Assembly: GCA_964351625.1 (NCBI GenBank)
Contig: CAYGOV010000017.1
Location: 4,054-68,053, forward strand
Source: an uncultured Marinoscillum sp.
GTDB lineage: Bacteria > Bacteroidota > Bacteroidia > Cytophagales > Cyclobacteriaceae
Direction of reading: 5' to 3'
Length of the DNA stretch: 64,000 nt
Of this stretch, positions 43,201 to 52,686 are shown piece after piece. A program made the translations under genes and the position numbers. Under the pieces are notes generated by a model. The model searched no databases. It was not told where the DNA came from and was given only the letters and a program-made list of their open reading frames with translations. How positions within the stretch are numbered: the stretch's first letter is position 1; each line of letters starts with the position of its first letter.

Positions 43201-46200
43201 TTGCAACCGAGACAATTACTATCATAACTAAAACAGACCCTGAAATACAATCTATATCCTCAGTGAACGATACTCCTACTGATGGTCAAATTGCATTTGA
43301 AATACATTTTGATGAGTCCGTTCAAAATGTTGACCTATCAGATTTTATTTTGGAGACTTCTGGAGACTTATCAGGCGAGATGGAGTCTATTACAGGAAGT
43401 GACCGTCTTTATGAAGTTTCTGTTTCTGTATCCAATGATAAGGGTGCGCTATTTTTGAGATTAGACGAAACAAATAATGATATCACCGACCTGGAAGGCA
43501 ATCCGGTGATCAAAGGATTTACAGGCGAGGCATACATCAACTACACTATTGACCTAAGAGATGCGAAGTATGCAGGAGAGTTGGGGGAAGCATTGGACTT
43601 AAAGGGACTCAAAGTACGAGCCACTGCCTTCGATGATGATGGAGATCAGATTTTTGCCACCTCGATTAGGGGGAGAATGCTATTTTCTTACAACCTTCGA
43701 GCTCCTTTTGACATACAAAGTATCGACGCGGAAAGTAAAGTTGTTTATACTTTTCCAAATAACTTGAACCTGACACCTAAGTCCTTCAAATTTATTGACG
43801 ATGGAAATATGCTTCAGGTGATGGAAGTTTCGGGGGATTTTCATGTATTCCAGCTTTCATCATCGTATGATATTTCTACACTTTCCCATGAGTACCGTGC
43901 CCAAGTAGCCACCAGTTACCCCAAAGACTTTTCCTTCAATGATGATGGCACAAAATTAATTTTGTTACAAGATCAGACATCTTTGGAAGAGTATACACTC
44001 TCCACGCCTTTTGATTTGCGTACTGTTACAAGTGTAGCTGATCCTATTTCCTTAAATAGCATATATGGAGATAAGATCATTGGCGCTTCCATGCTCTTTG
44101 ATGCTACTGGACTGTATTTATTTGTGGTAGAACAAAACAGAATTATAAAATTTGAGCTTCTTACTCCTTTCGATATACAAACCATATCGTATTCAGGAGA
44201 CAAAGCGAGACTCCCTTTGAAGGATATAGTAGAAACCACTTCCAGGTATATGACCTTCAATGATGACGAGTCCAAGTTTTTTATCCTCGGATATCGTGAA
44301 ATTCATGAATTCTATTTAACGAACGCACCTGTATTTGTTCGACATGATTCTACTTCGCTTACTCTATACAATGAACAGGACTCTGTCAATCTTTTTTCTA
44401 GAACCAACATTTATGATCTGGACCAGGATAGTATAGCCATCACCATTTCATTACAGGATCCATTAGCAGGACAACTGGTAGGTGCTGGTCTAACTGGAAG
44501 TGGACCTTATGAACTCCGTTTACTATCTGAAGACTCATTAAATAGTGTCTTGCAATCCCTTTGGTTTAAGCCAACTATAGGTAGGTTGACCGAATCTACC
44601 AAAGATACCGTTACTTTCAGACTGGATGTGACAGACGGAAACCACTTCACCATTGACACTACACTAACGGTGATTATCGACTTGCCACCTAAACTTTTAA
44701 GCATCCGAGTAGATGGTACGCCTGACACTTCTGCAACAGAGATACATTACCTACTTACCTTTTCAGAAGCAGTAGAAAATGTGGATCTCACAGATTTTGA
44801 ACTCATAACGAGCCAGTATGTGGATGCTGAGTTATCTGCCATCTCAGGGACTGGGGCTGAATACCTGTTGAACCTAACCGAAATAATTGGTGATGGTGAA
44901 CTGTCTGTGTCTTTAAAGGAGACCAACGACATTGTTGACAATTATGGCTATGCCCTTTCTGCTCACCCAGAGGGGGAATTACATAACGTAAAGAACTCAA
45001 CTGCGTTTCCTGAAATTAGTGGTACTATTTCTAATCAAAATGTTCATGATGAAGCAATTAGTTATCCTTTCAGAGATATCATCATTACTTGCCAGGAGGA
45101 TGTAGCTATTGAGGTGGAAATGGATAGCTATGAATATGGGGTTTTGATAGGAGATAATATTAATGGATCCGGAGATGATTCTGGTAGTGGACCTTATACC
45201 ATCAGTACTACCAACAGTCAGACCGCTCAAGAAATATTGCGGAATGTTCGTTTTGAACCGATCAAAGGAGAAATATCAAATGGAAATGTTCAAGAAATAA
45301 CAGTATCAATCAAAGCAACTTCAGGACCTTTTGACGTACAGGACAGTACTACCAACCTGATTCTTAATTCAGCTCCTTATGTGGAGCACATCTCCATCCA
45401 TTCTTTTCCTGATTCGACCAATAGCATCCTACAATTTGGAGTTACATTCAACGAAGAAGTGTTTGGAGTTAGTTTGAGTGATTTTACCATTGATGCATCT
45501 TCCAATGTCATGGCAGATCTTATAAAAATGGAGGGGGCAGGTAAAGATTATATCATTTCTGTTAGCAACATTTCAGGGGATGGAATAGTCAGCTTAGATT
45601 TTTTGTCTGAGAGCCAGACATCCTTCATTCTGGATATTCATTCAAACCAGGCAAAACATGAATTCACAGAAGGAGCCGACTACAATACAGGTCGTGCATT
45701 TGAGATTTCAGAATTTGCCAAGATTGAGAAGGTCAAAAGGCGCATAAATGATTTAGCGCGCTCATTTGTCTTCATCAATGATGGAGAGGAAATGATTACG
45801 CTTTCGAATTATGACGAGGTGCGAGAAAAGAATAAGGCAATTCTGAAAAAGTACAATCTTTCGACACCTTATGATGCTACTACCGCGTATGAAATTATTG
45901 AGAGAAGAGTTGAACTTTCTAGACCAGATGAATATGGCATGGATTTATTATCGAATAGCGATGGATCCAAAATATTCATTAGCAATGGAACTTCTATAAT
46001 AGAATATGTGTCTCACAGTGGACTAATAGCGGATCTGGAAAGGGAGAACTCCATTTGGGAAGAATCACTTGGTAGGGAAATGGTTTTTAACAATGACGGA
46101 ACCAAACTTTTCATATTTGAGCCATTTAGCTATTCAGGCTATGATAATAAAAATAGGCTGTATAATTTGGCCGTGCCTTATGATCTCTCCACAGCTGAAT

Positions 46201-46829
46201 TTGAAGAATTCATCCCTTTTATAGCAGAAGAAGTCATTGAAGATGTTAAGTTCAATTCCGATGGGACAAAATTTTATGTTTTGTCTAATGCTAATTATAA
46301 TTATTCTAATGCAGAAGTTCGACAATTTGCTCTGACCTCTCCTTATGATGTTTCTTCTGCTGAATTAGATACAGTAATGATATTAAATACAACAGGATGT
46401 AAATTCGGTAATCTCTCAGAGATGGGATTTAGCAAGGATGGAACATTCTTGAATAATTTATTCTATTCGAATAATAAATGTGATCTTGGATCAGCCTGGT
46501 TTACAGCGTTTTATTTAAAAGAAAATGATGGTGCTGAAAATGGACGAATTGATGACAACCCTGAAAGTGAGCCTTTATATGCTCATGACAAAATGATACC
46601 TGGGACAGTCACAGTCTACCCTAACCCAGCGAAATGCACTCTTTACCTCAAGAATATACAAAGCATTGAAAGTGTGAGTTTGTACAACCTCGCCGGAGTA
46701 GAAGAGGACATGAGATGGTTCGGACCTGATGCTATAGATGTTTCTCACATGAAAAGCGGGATTTACATCCTACAGTTCATGGAGAATGGAGCATACAGAT
46801 CTATGCGAGTTGTTATTGGAGAGGAATAA
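40206..46829 (+). CDS. Giant modular T9SS type-A-sorted surface protein (about 2207 aa)
   Basis: Signal peptide MKQLLLLLFFICSFLAMGQ from the ATG at 40206; repeated propeller-like LSTPYD modules and Ig/cadherin-like modules; C-terminal VYPNPA...SGIYILQF CTD. Confidence 0.88.
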   Translation: MKQLLLLLFFICSFLAMGQTFDGFAPTGAKMNLSTDYPIPQAQDILISPSGHKLYVLNYSWLYQFTLGVPFSIESVKLDGRYPLYTHMPWSLGLDISSDGKKMIICGKDGNNNSQLVQYILSDAFDVLTADFDLKFSSREKTAVDVSFNQDGTRLLVLDGFTDLQDFSGKNLINEYSLQSPYDINTIVFLRRGLEIDAPYTYISAMGFSNNGTSLHLVQLQNSYNTRNDRHFKLSSPYVTKNAELIAGTPSLTNDVVSFALSLNDSKLLFLIYDPYGSDKIREYENISPQISISNTSQSHNINEIDSVSPFSTMNLYYRGTDLLSATIRLSKYEHGVLSGNELQGTGPYTTSNLSKDDLSSLLRSLKFKPTEGLATPGDSIVTNFTIEITNGEAVAIDSSTSVCAYIEPPIITFENVHYEIAEGDSTLLFSTVEIKDSDQDSLSATIRMTDYANGTLTAEGLHGTGPYTTEKSSIAEINALLSRIKFLPAQNLAQSDRPVTTEFTIRVTDGQHFVKNTVSKITAYLPGPTIVLKQDTFMTIEETETTELFSNISVKYFGNEPLSAKITLSENGNGSLTGDDLLRDEPYRIKATNLEDLQNSLRSVIFHPTEGLARFDSPVQTLITIEITDGESSAVESSRIQVKVLPKTVVSSIENATKTGKFVRPVSSIRNFYFLQDGVKLVVIVDNILYQFSLSDPYNVERTSIDGKIEMINPQSIDFNDDGSVLYVVGQKNLYQYDLATPYNVLSCSAEYTEISFGDEVGYATDVKLYNNGSFMSIADRNFDQISKYQLSTSYDITTATYLNKTIELRHGILNFRFVQDGYFLYTVSENSKYQIYELKQPFETENAKLLKSGVFPVGYVTALAFLPNLNNFYLSHSIGNENRISEYEISKVPMIKSENQLYSINEKNSVSPFSLTKIRDEDSDYLSAKIVLSDSPNGTLSGPGLIGSGPYTTDTLYLYDLETLLQSIVFKPTDGLAQSKNPVSTDIILEISDGRKVATETITIITKTDPEIQSISSVNDTPTDGQIAFEIHFDESVQNVDLSDFILETSGDLSGEMESITGSDRLYEVSVSVSNDKGALFLRLDETNNDITDLEGNPVIKGFTGEAYINYTIDLRDAKYAGELGEALDLKGLKVRATAFDDDGDQIFATSIRGRMLFSYNLRAPFDIQSIDAESKVVYTFPNNLNLTPKSFKFIDDGNMLQVMEVSGDFHVFQLSSSYDISTLSHEYRAQVATSYPKDFSFNDDGTKLILLQDQTSLEEYTLSTPFDLRTVTSVADPISLNSIYGDKIIGASMLFDATGLYLFVVEQNRIIKFELLTPFDIQTISYSGDKARLPLKDIVETTSRYMTFNDDESKFFILGYREIHEFYLTNAPVFVRHDSTSLTLYNEQDSVNLFSRTNIYDLDQDSIAITISLQDPLAGQLVGAGLTGSGPYELRLLSEDSLNSVLQSLWFKPTIGRLTESTKDTVTFRLDVTDGNHFTIDTTLTVIIDLPPKLLSIRVDGTPDTSATEIHYLLTFSEAVENVDLTDFELITSQYVDAELSAISGTGAEYLLNLTEIIGDGELSVSLKETNDIVDNYGYALSAHPEGELHNVKNSTAFPEISGTISNQNVHDEAISYPFRDIIITCQEDVAIEVEMDSYEYGVLIGDNINGSGDDSGSGPYTISTTNSQTAQEILRNVRFEPIKGEISNGNVQEITVSIKATSGPFDVQDSTTNLILNSAPYVEHISIHSFPDSTNSILQFGVTFNEEVFGVSLSDFTIDASSNVMADLIKMEGAGKDYIISVSNISGDGIVSLDFLSESQTSFILDIHSNQAKHEFTEGADYNTGRAFEISEFAKIEKVKRRINDLARSFVFINDGEEMITLSNYDEVREKNKAILKKYNLSTPYDATTAYEIIERRVELSRPDEYGMDLLSNSDGSKIFISNGTSIIEYVSHSGLIADLERENSIWEESLGREMVFNNDGTKLFIFEPFSYSGYDNKNRLYNLAVPYDLSTAEFEEFIPFIAEEVIEDVKFNSDGTKFYVLSNANYNYSNAEVRQFALTSPYDVSSAELDTVMILNTTGCKFGNLSEMGFSKDGTFLNNLFYSNNKCDLGSAWFTAFYLKENDGAENGRIDDNPESEPLYAHDKMIPGTVTVYPNPAKCTLYLKNIQSIESVSLYNLAGVEEDMRWFGPDAIDVSHMKSGIYILQFMENGAYRSMRVVIGEE

Positions 46830-46881
46830 TACTTTGAAGCTATTCGATTATCAAAACCAATGAGCAGGGTAATAGCTACCT

Positions 46882-48603
46882 CTAATTGATTACTAATCGG
46901 CTTGTACATGTTCCAACCTTCACAATATAAAGACCACTAGGGAGTCTTGATATGTCAATCAATTTTTGTTGAGAATCTATGGTATAACCTGTTAACTGAA
47001 GATTACCCAAAGCATCGTAAATAGACACTTTATTTGATCCTCCCCCTATTATATTGATACTTACTTCACCATTTGTGGGATTAGAATATATCTTAAACAA
47101 TTCATTGCAATCTTCTTCAACTAAATCCCATGAGCCCCAAGGTAAGCTACTAGGTGCCGGTTCATTATCTGAGTTATTTTCAACACCTGGAGGTAATGCA
47201 GCCTTCCATCCTTGTTTCAAGCGAATTGCCAAGTCATTACGTATAGATGCATATTTTGGATCATTAACCACATTAATTGACTCACTGTTTTCTATTTTCA
47301 TATCATACAGCTCTCTACTAATAAATTTATGATCCTTTAGATTTCGCCATTCTACATACCTGTAATCTTCAGTACGGATACTGTAGCCCTCAAAATCCCT
47401 ACCTCTATTAAACTGACTAAACACAGCTGATTTCCATTCTTTATTAATATCATTAAATAGATTATTAAAACTGGTTCCCTCTAACTCTTTCCTAGGTTCG
47501 TTCCCGATAAAGTCAACTAAAGTTGGATATATATCGACATACTCCACAAATTGATTCAACGAAATTCCCCCTTTATTACCAGGTAATTTGACAATTAGTG
47601 GAGATCTGGTGGCTATTTCATAATTAGTTGATTTGCCCCACATCCCTTGATCACCTAGGTGAAACCCATGATCTGACATCAAAACAATTAACGTATTTTC
47701 ATATTCTCCCGATTCTTTAAGTTTATCAAGCACTTGTCCCACCATAGCGTCGACGTAACTTATACACGCATAATAACCTTGCTTTAGTTTTAGTTGATAA
47801 TCATCCGGAATATTGTTTCCGTTGAGAGTATTCGGCCCTGCATAGAGCGATAACTCATGATGGGCTGTAGTATAAGAAGGTGCATACAATGGATGAGATG
47901 AGACAGACGCTAGTTGAATGTCTACAGAATCATACAATCTCCAGTACTTTTCTGGGGCATTAAATGGTAGATGAGGCTTTTTGAATCCCGCAATAATCAA
48001 AAAAGGTTCATCACTACCCTTCATATCATCTATCACTTCGGTAACTCTTTTTGCTATCAACCCATCTTGATAGGCCGTATCCGAAACTTGTGCTCTTTCA
48101 AAATGGGGGGTGAATTCATTTCTCTTTTGGTCACCCGCTTTGTCAATGTTTTCCTGAAGGGCGTAAAAACCAAGATTTTCGGCTGAATAGTGTGTATTTT
48201 TAATATTATCCTGTCTGTTGCTATGATGTACCTTACCTAAGGTAAAAACATCATAACCTTCCTGTTCAAAATGCTCTGAAATTGTAGGATTATTAGGCCA
48301 AAATTCATTATTAAAATATGGATTATATGGATAATCAACGCCAGTTGTAGTAGGCCTAAAACCAGTTAAAAAACTTGCTCTAGATGCTGAACAGACTGCT
48401 TGCTGAACATAGGCTCTGTTGAATAAGAATCCATCTTTAGCCAAATTATCTATGTTCGTAGAAATTATCTGGTTATTTCCATAACATCCAAGATCAGGTC
48501 TCAAGTCATCTATTATTATTATAAGGACATTTGGCCTAGCACCATTACCCATGCCACAAAAAGGCACCAAAATGAATGTCATTATAAATAACCAATTTTT
48601 CAT
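46882..48603 (-). CDS. Sulfatase, iduronate-2-sulfatase-like (S1_7-like), with T9SS CTD
   Basis: Signal peptide; DDLRP; CSASR active site; KPHLPF; SDHGFHLG; C-terminal IYSNPTNG...SGLYIVKV. Confidence 0.88.
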   Translation of the reverse strand: MKNWLFIMTFILVPFCGMGNGARPNVLIIIIDDLRPDLGCYGNNQIISTNIDNLAKDGFLFNRAYVQQAVCSASRASFLTGFRPTTTGVDYPYNPYFNNEFWPNNPTISEHFEQEGYDVFTLGKVHHSNRQDNIKNTHYSAENLGFYALQENIDKAGDQKRNEFTPHFERAQVSDTAYQDGLIAKRVTEVIDDMKGSDEPFLIIAGFKKPHLPFNAPEKYWRLYDSVDIQLASVSSHPLYAPSYTTAHHELSLYAGPNTLNGNNIPDDYQLKLKQGYYACISYVDAMVGQVLDKLKESGEYENTLIVLMSDHGFHLGDQGMWGKSTNYEIATRSPLIVKLPGNKGGISLNQFVEYVDIYPTLVDFIGNEPRKELEGTSFNNLFNDINKEWKSAVFSQFNRGRDFEGYSIRTEDYRYVEWRNLKDHKFISRELYDMKIENSESINVVNDPKYASIRNDLAIRLKQGWKAALPPGVENNSDNEPAPSSLPWGSWDLVEEDCNELFKIYSNPTNGEVSINIIGGGSNKVSIYDALGNLQLTGYTIDSQQKLIDISRLPSGLYIVKVGTCTSRLVIN

Positions 48604-48639
48604 CTGAGCTAAATTAATTTATCTAAATTTTACATTTAT

Positions 48640-48687
48640 AAACTGTCCGATTAGATGGGAAGGCTACAAGAAAGGATAGGTTACACG
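48640..48687. repeat. Intergenic repeat copy 1 (AAACTGTCCG...AAGAAAGGATAGGTTACACG)
   Basis: 48668-48687 matches 52615-52634 at 19 of 20 nt; both are preceded by AAACTGT(C/A)CG. Confidence 0.7.
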
Positions 48688-48711
48688 ACTTAACTACATA
48701 TTTCATCAATA

Positions 48712-49533
48712 ATGAGAAAATTTGAAAAAAGAAGCCTTTTATTACTATTTGCTTTACCGTTAGTAATAAATGCTTGTAATAAAAATGAAATTTTAAATTT
48801 TAATACAGAAGAAATACCATACTCAGTCATTTTGATTGCAGGACAATCTAATACTCATTATGGCTTTGGCTTCAATAAAAATGAGGTTGAAAATAAAACA
48901 AGAATAAAACAATTAGGCAGGTTTGGTGATAATAATATGAAAATAATAGATGCTTTATCTCCGTTAGACCACCACACTAAAAAAAAAGACAGAATCGGTT
49001 TTGGGATTACTTTTGCTCAGCAACTAGAAAGTGACTTCAAACAATCTAATATTCTGATAATTCCTTGTGGATATGAAGGCACTGGATTTATTGATAATCG
49101 CTGGAACAAAGATGATGATTTGTATAACGATGCAGTAAATAGAGTAAGAAATGTGTTAGAGGAATTTCCAAATAGTGAATTAACAGCTATACTATGGCAT
49201 CAAGGAGAGAAAGATGTCAACAATCCTAACTACAAGAAACAATTAGATGACTTTATTATCGATATAAGAAATGATTTAAATGCAGATAGTATCCCATTTA
49301 TTTTAGGAGGTCTTGTACCATATTGGGTCAAAAAAGAAAAGAAACGCATTATCATACAAGAAGTGATAAAAAATACAGTAAGACGACATTACAATATTGG
49401 GTTTGCTGATACAGAATTTCCATTTGTTATCGATAAACCAGATAATAATTTTGAACAAAAACATTTTAGTGCCGATGGACAAAAAGAATTAGGGAAAAGA
49501 TATTTTAACGAGTTCAAAAGACTGAGCAACTGA
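48712..49533 (+). CDS. Sialate/carbohydrate O-acetylesterase (SASA/CE6-like SGNH) lipoprotein
   Basis: Lipobox INAC; AGQSN catalytic Ser block; LWHQGE; C-terminal xxHF. Confidence 0.82.
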   Translation: MRKFEKRSLLLLFALPLVINACNKNEILNFNTEEIPYSVILIAGQSNTHYGFGFNKNEVENKTRIKQLGRFGDNNMKIIDALSPLDHHTKKKDRIGFGITFAQQLESDFKQSNILIIPCGYEGTGFIDNRWNKDDDLYNDAVNRVRNVLEEFPNSELTAILWHQGEKDVNNPNYKKQLDDFIIDIRNDLNADSIPFILGGLVPYWVKKEKKRIIIQEVIKNTVRRHYNIGFADTEFPFVIDKPDNNFEQKHFSADGQKELGKRYFNEFKRLSN

Positions 49534-49701
49534 AATGAAATCAGGTAGCTATTCTTAATACTCTTGCTTTTTTAACCATAATCTATGGTGAAAATATTAG
49601 TTGAATGAATTTTGTAATAAAAATTCTCACCTAGCTTAAGTAGATTATGTCAGTTTAGCATAAAGACAAACATTTAATTAAACATTATTTCTAGTAAAAA
49701 A

Positions 49702-51357
49702 TTGAACCAATTCGTCTCAATCTATTCTTACTTAATAATTACTCTATTATCATCTAATGCTTTTAGTCAGAATATATTGATAATTACTGCTGACGATTTA
49801 AACTATAACTCTCTGGGGTTTGCTGGATGTGATATTGAAAATATTTCACCCAATCTAGATTCACTGGCTTCCAAAAGTCTTGTTTATGAGAATTTCTTCG
49901 TTTCCACCTCGATTTGCCACCCATCAAGGCAATCAATTTTGACAGGAAAATATCCTCATAATTATGGCAGTGTGGGATTTAAGCCTATTGGGCCAGATAA
50001 TATCACCCTTGTAGAAGCATTACAAGATGTAGGATATTTCACTGGGATGATAGGAAAAATTGGGCACGCTACACCAGCAGAGAAATTTCCCTGGGATTAT
50101 AAAGTTGACAAAAGTAATGAGGGAATCGGCCTAGGGAGATCTCCATCAAAGTTTGAAAAATTTACTGATGCCTTTTTTACGTCAGTCCCAGATGACCAAC
50201 CTTTTCTCTTGATAGTAAATTCGAGTGATCCCCATCGTCCTTTTGCCAATAGCTCTGAGGAAAAAAGACTTCTTCAAACGAGTTGGTCAAATCGTGAACC
50301 TCCTGAATTGAATAGAATCATTACTCCAGAGGAGATTCAAATTCCATATTGGCTTCCTGAAGAGGATAGCATCAAAGAAGATTATGCTAATTACTACACT
50401 TCCGTTTTTAGATTAGATGAGACAGTTGGTCGAATATTAACAAGCTTAAGAAATAGTAAATTCAGTGAAAATACAATTATCATTTTTTTATCAGATCATG
50501 GAGCTCCTTTCCCTCTTGCTAAGTCCAATGTCTATGTTAATAGTCTAAAATCGAACTTAATTATAAACTGGAAAAATCAAATACTGCCTAGAATAGATTC
50601 TAACAACTTCATTTCAGCTATCGATCTATACCCCACTATCTGGGACCTACTAGACTTACCAGAATCGGTGAAAGATGAAAATTTAGATGGCACTTCATTT
50701 AAAGAATCAATCTTCGATGTATCAAATGAATTTTCAAAAAAAAGCTACTCTTTATTTAATGAGACTGCTGGAGAAAAAGTGTACGAGATGAGATCTGTAA
50801 GTACTGATAAATACCATTACATCTATAATCAATGGCCCACTATGGGTGAGGAATTCAAATTTAGACCTGGGCTTACTTTCAAGACCATTGAAATGATTAT
50901 GACAGACGATAGTGTCGCAAAATCAATTTATGATAAAACTGTATTCCGCACAAAGGAGGAATTGTATCTTCCAGCAGATGATGAAAATACCATGAATGTT
51001 GCAAAACTTGCTGGATACAGTTCGCTGATAGATGAAGCTCGTAAGGAGTTATTGAGTATGATGAATTATTATCATGATCCGCTTTATGAATTAGTGAAGT
51101 TTGATTTGGAAAACCCTTTTAAAATTAATTCAGAAAACCCTTTAGTTGAGCTCTATCCAAATCCAGCAATCCAATCAATCTCCATAAAAACCAATCTAGT
51201 AGAATATAGTCTTATGCTATTTGATTCTATAGGTCGTTCAATAGAGTTTAAATTAGATGAAAATGAGATTGATATATCGAACTTTAAAAAGGGACTTTAT
51301 ATACTTCGTATAAATACAGATAATATAAGCTTTAATAAAAAATTTCTTAAAAGATGA
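49702..51357 (+). CDS. Sulfatase, sulfamidase/heparan N-sulfatase-like (S1_8-like), with T9SS CTD
   Basis: Signal peptide; ADDL; CHPSR; DPHRPF; SDHG; C-terminal LYPNPA...KGLYILRI...KKFLKR. Confidence 0.86.
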   Translation: MNQFVSIYSYLIITLLSSNAFSQNILIITADDLNYNSLGFAGCDIENISPNLDSLASKSLVYENFFVSTSICHPSRQSILTGKYPHNYGSVGFKPIGPDNITLVEALQDVGYFTGMIGKIGHATPAEKFPWDYKVDKSNEGIGLGRSPSKFEKFTDAFFTSVPDDQPFLLIVNSSDPHRPFANSSEEKRLLQTSWSNREPPELNRIITPEEIQIPYWLPEEDSIKEDYANYYTSVFRLDETVGRILTSLRNSKFSENTIIIFLSDHGAPFPLAKSNVYVNSLKSNLIINWKNQILPRIDSNNFISAIDLYPTIWDLLDLPESVKDENLDGTSFKESIFDVSNEFSKKSYSLFNETAGEKVYEMRSVSTDKYHYIYNQWPTMGEEFKFRPGLTFKTIEMIMTDDSVAKSIYDKTVFRTKEELYLPADDENTMNVAKLAGYSSLIDEARKELLSMMNYYHDPLYELVKFDLENPFKINSENPLVELYPNPAIQSISIKTNLVEYSLMLFDSIGRSIEFKLDENEIDISNFKKGLYILRINTDNISFNKKFLKR

Positions 51358-51409
51358 AAATCGTAGAAGTCAGCTAAGCATACTATATCCCTTTTTTATG
51401 AAAGTCTAT

Positions 51410-51904
51410 TCATTTTTTAGACTCTAGCATTTTATTCAAATCTGCATATAAAATTCTTCCTCCTTCTATAGCTAAAAGGATAAATGGAAGACCGAAAAGA
51501 GTTTTTAGCAAGTGAGAGCATAATTGCTGCCAATGAACTAAATCCAAAAATCCAAAAATTATTCTACCTGTTAACAAGATCAAAACCAAACTAGCTAAAC
51601 ATATAATTAAAATTTTTCTTGCTCTTGAATTACCAAACAAAAAATGAATAAATAATAAATGAAGCAATAAGTATATTGGGTAATATAAAAGTCCACCAAT
51701 ATTCTTTTGAAAGAAAACTGTTCTTTCATAGTTGATATTCATCCATTCAAAAATAGAATTCGGATTGATATTAACTAAGTCCAATAGATAAAGTGTGGTT
51801 GCTGAAAAGAATTTCAAAATCCAATTTTTCAACAACCCAAATAAGATTATTATAAAAAGTACGAAAATTGAAAATACTCTATTAATGCTCATTCCGATGA
51901 ACAA
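51410..51904 (-). CDS. Exosortase-associated membrane protein (XrtX-associated-like)
   Basis: About 4 TM; overlaps the exosortase gene; PFILLAIEGG motif. Confidence 0.6.
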   Translation of the reverse strand: MFIGMSINRVFSIFVLFIIILFGLLKNWILKFFSATTLYLLDLVNINPNSIFEWMNINYERTVFFQKNIGGLLYYPIYLLLHLLFIHFLFGNSRARKILIICLASLVLILLTGRIIFGFLDLVHWQQLCSHLLKTLFGLPFILLAIEGGRILYADLNKMLESKK

Positions 51905-52439
51905 TATTTCCTATACCTGAATATCTGTTCAGCCAGAATCTCCAAATTAGGAATACCATTGAATAAACTACTAATACGTAAGTGTACTTATGATTAAAAT
52001 CGAACGTTTCTCGGAAAAACATATAATTTAAGGCTAGTATAACCTCTCGGATAACATTAAGTAAATAAATCAAAATTGATCCAATAATGATAAAGGTCAA
52101 TTTATAATTCCACTTTCCTGGAAACGCGATAATAAAACCCATGAACAACGCTATTAATTCTATCCCATTACATCCATCAGCCACTGACAACACTGGAGTA
52201 CCATCAACATAAACATAGCGGCTATTAATTCCAGGTCCGTCGGGTCTAAATTGAGTGTTGGTATCGTGACCTAATATTGCAAGGCATGTTCTAGTCAAAT
52301 CCACTACCCTCATTGACATCCAATGGTCAACGCGACCATCAGGCCTAACAAAGCCTTGGTATAAAATCAACCAGCCGAAAAACAAAATTATTATCCTAAT
52401 AATAAAGGTTCGTAAAATTGTTTTTAGATTTTGTTTCAT
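51882..52439 (-). CDS. Exosortase/archaeosortase-family transpeptidase (XrtX/XrtF-like)
   Basis: Catalytic triad motifs VADGCNG (Cys), NVIRE (Arg) and FNHKY (His) in a compact TM protein. Confidence 0.85.
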   Translation of the reverse strand: MKQNLKTILRTFIIRIIILFFGWLILYQGFVRPDGRVDHWMSMRVVDLTRTCLAILGHDTNTQFRPDGPGINSRYVYVDGTPVLSVADGCNGIELIALFMGFIIAFPGKWNYKLTFIIIGSILIYLLNVIREVILALNYMFFRETFDFNHKYTYVLVVYSMVFLIWRFWLNRYSGIGNIVHRNEH

Positions 52440-52604
52440 TTTATGATATTCTTAAGAATTTACAAATAAATTCAATTAAAAGAGGAATTAGTCCACAGCA
52501 GTTTGTACTTGACAATGAGAATCAAGCCAACGGAGAACATCACAACTTTGCCACTTTTAACAACAAGAGTATTGTAATGAATAGCTGAAATATTTAAAAT
52601 TGAA

Positions 52605-52634
52605 AAACTGTACGAAGAAGGGATAGGTTACACG
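52605..52634. repeat. Intergenic repeat copy 2 (AAACTGTACGAAGAAGGGATAGGTTACACG)
   Basis: Direct repeat of 48640-48687, lacking the internal 17-18 nt. Confidence 0.7.
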
Positions 52635-52686
52635 GTTAAAACCAATTAAACATATTGGCAATAATTAATATAAATAAAGAACGCGA

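Noticed and set aside
39267-51357. Classical polysaccharide utilisation locus
   Set aside because: No SusC/SusD pair, glycoside hydrolases or HTCS/ECF regulator; the only TBDR is 18 kb away and under a TPP riboswitch.
48640-52634. Intact IS or composite transposon
   Set aside because: No transposase or recombinase ORF in the window, and the repeats are direct; kept only as a possible scar.
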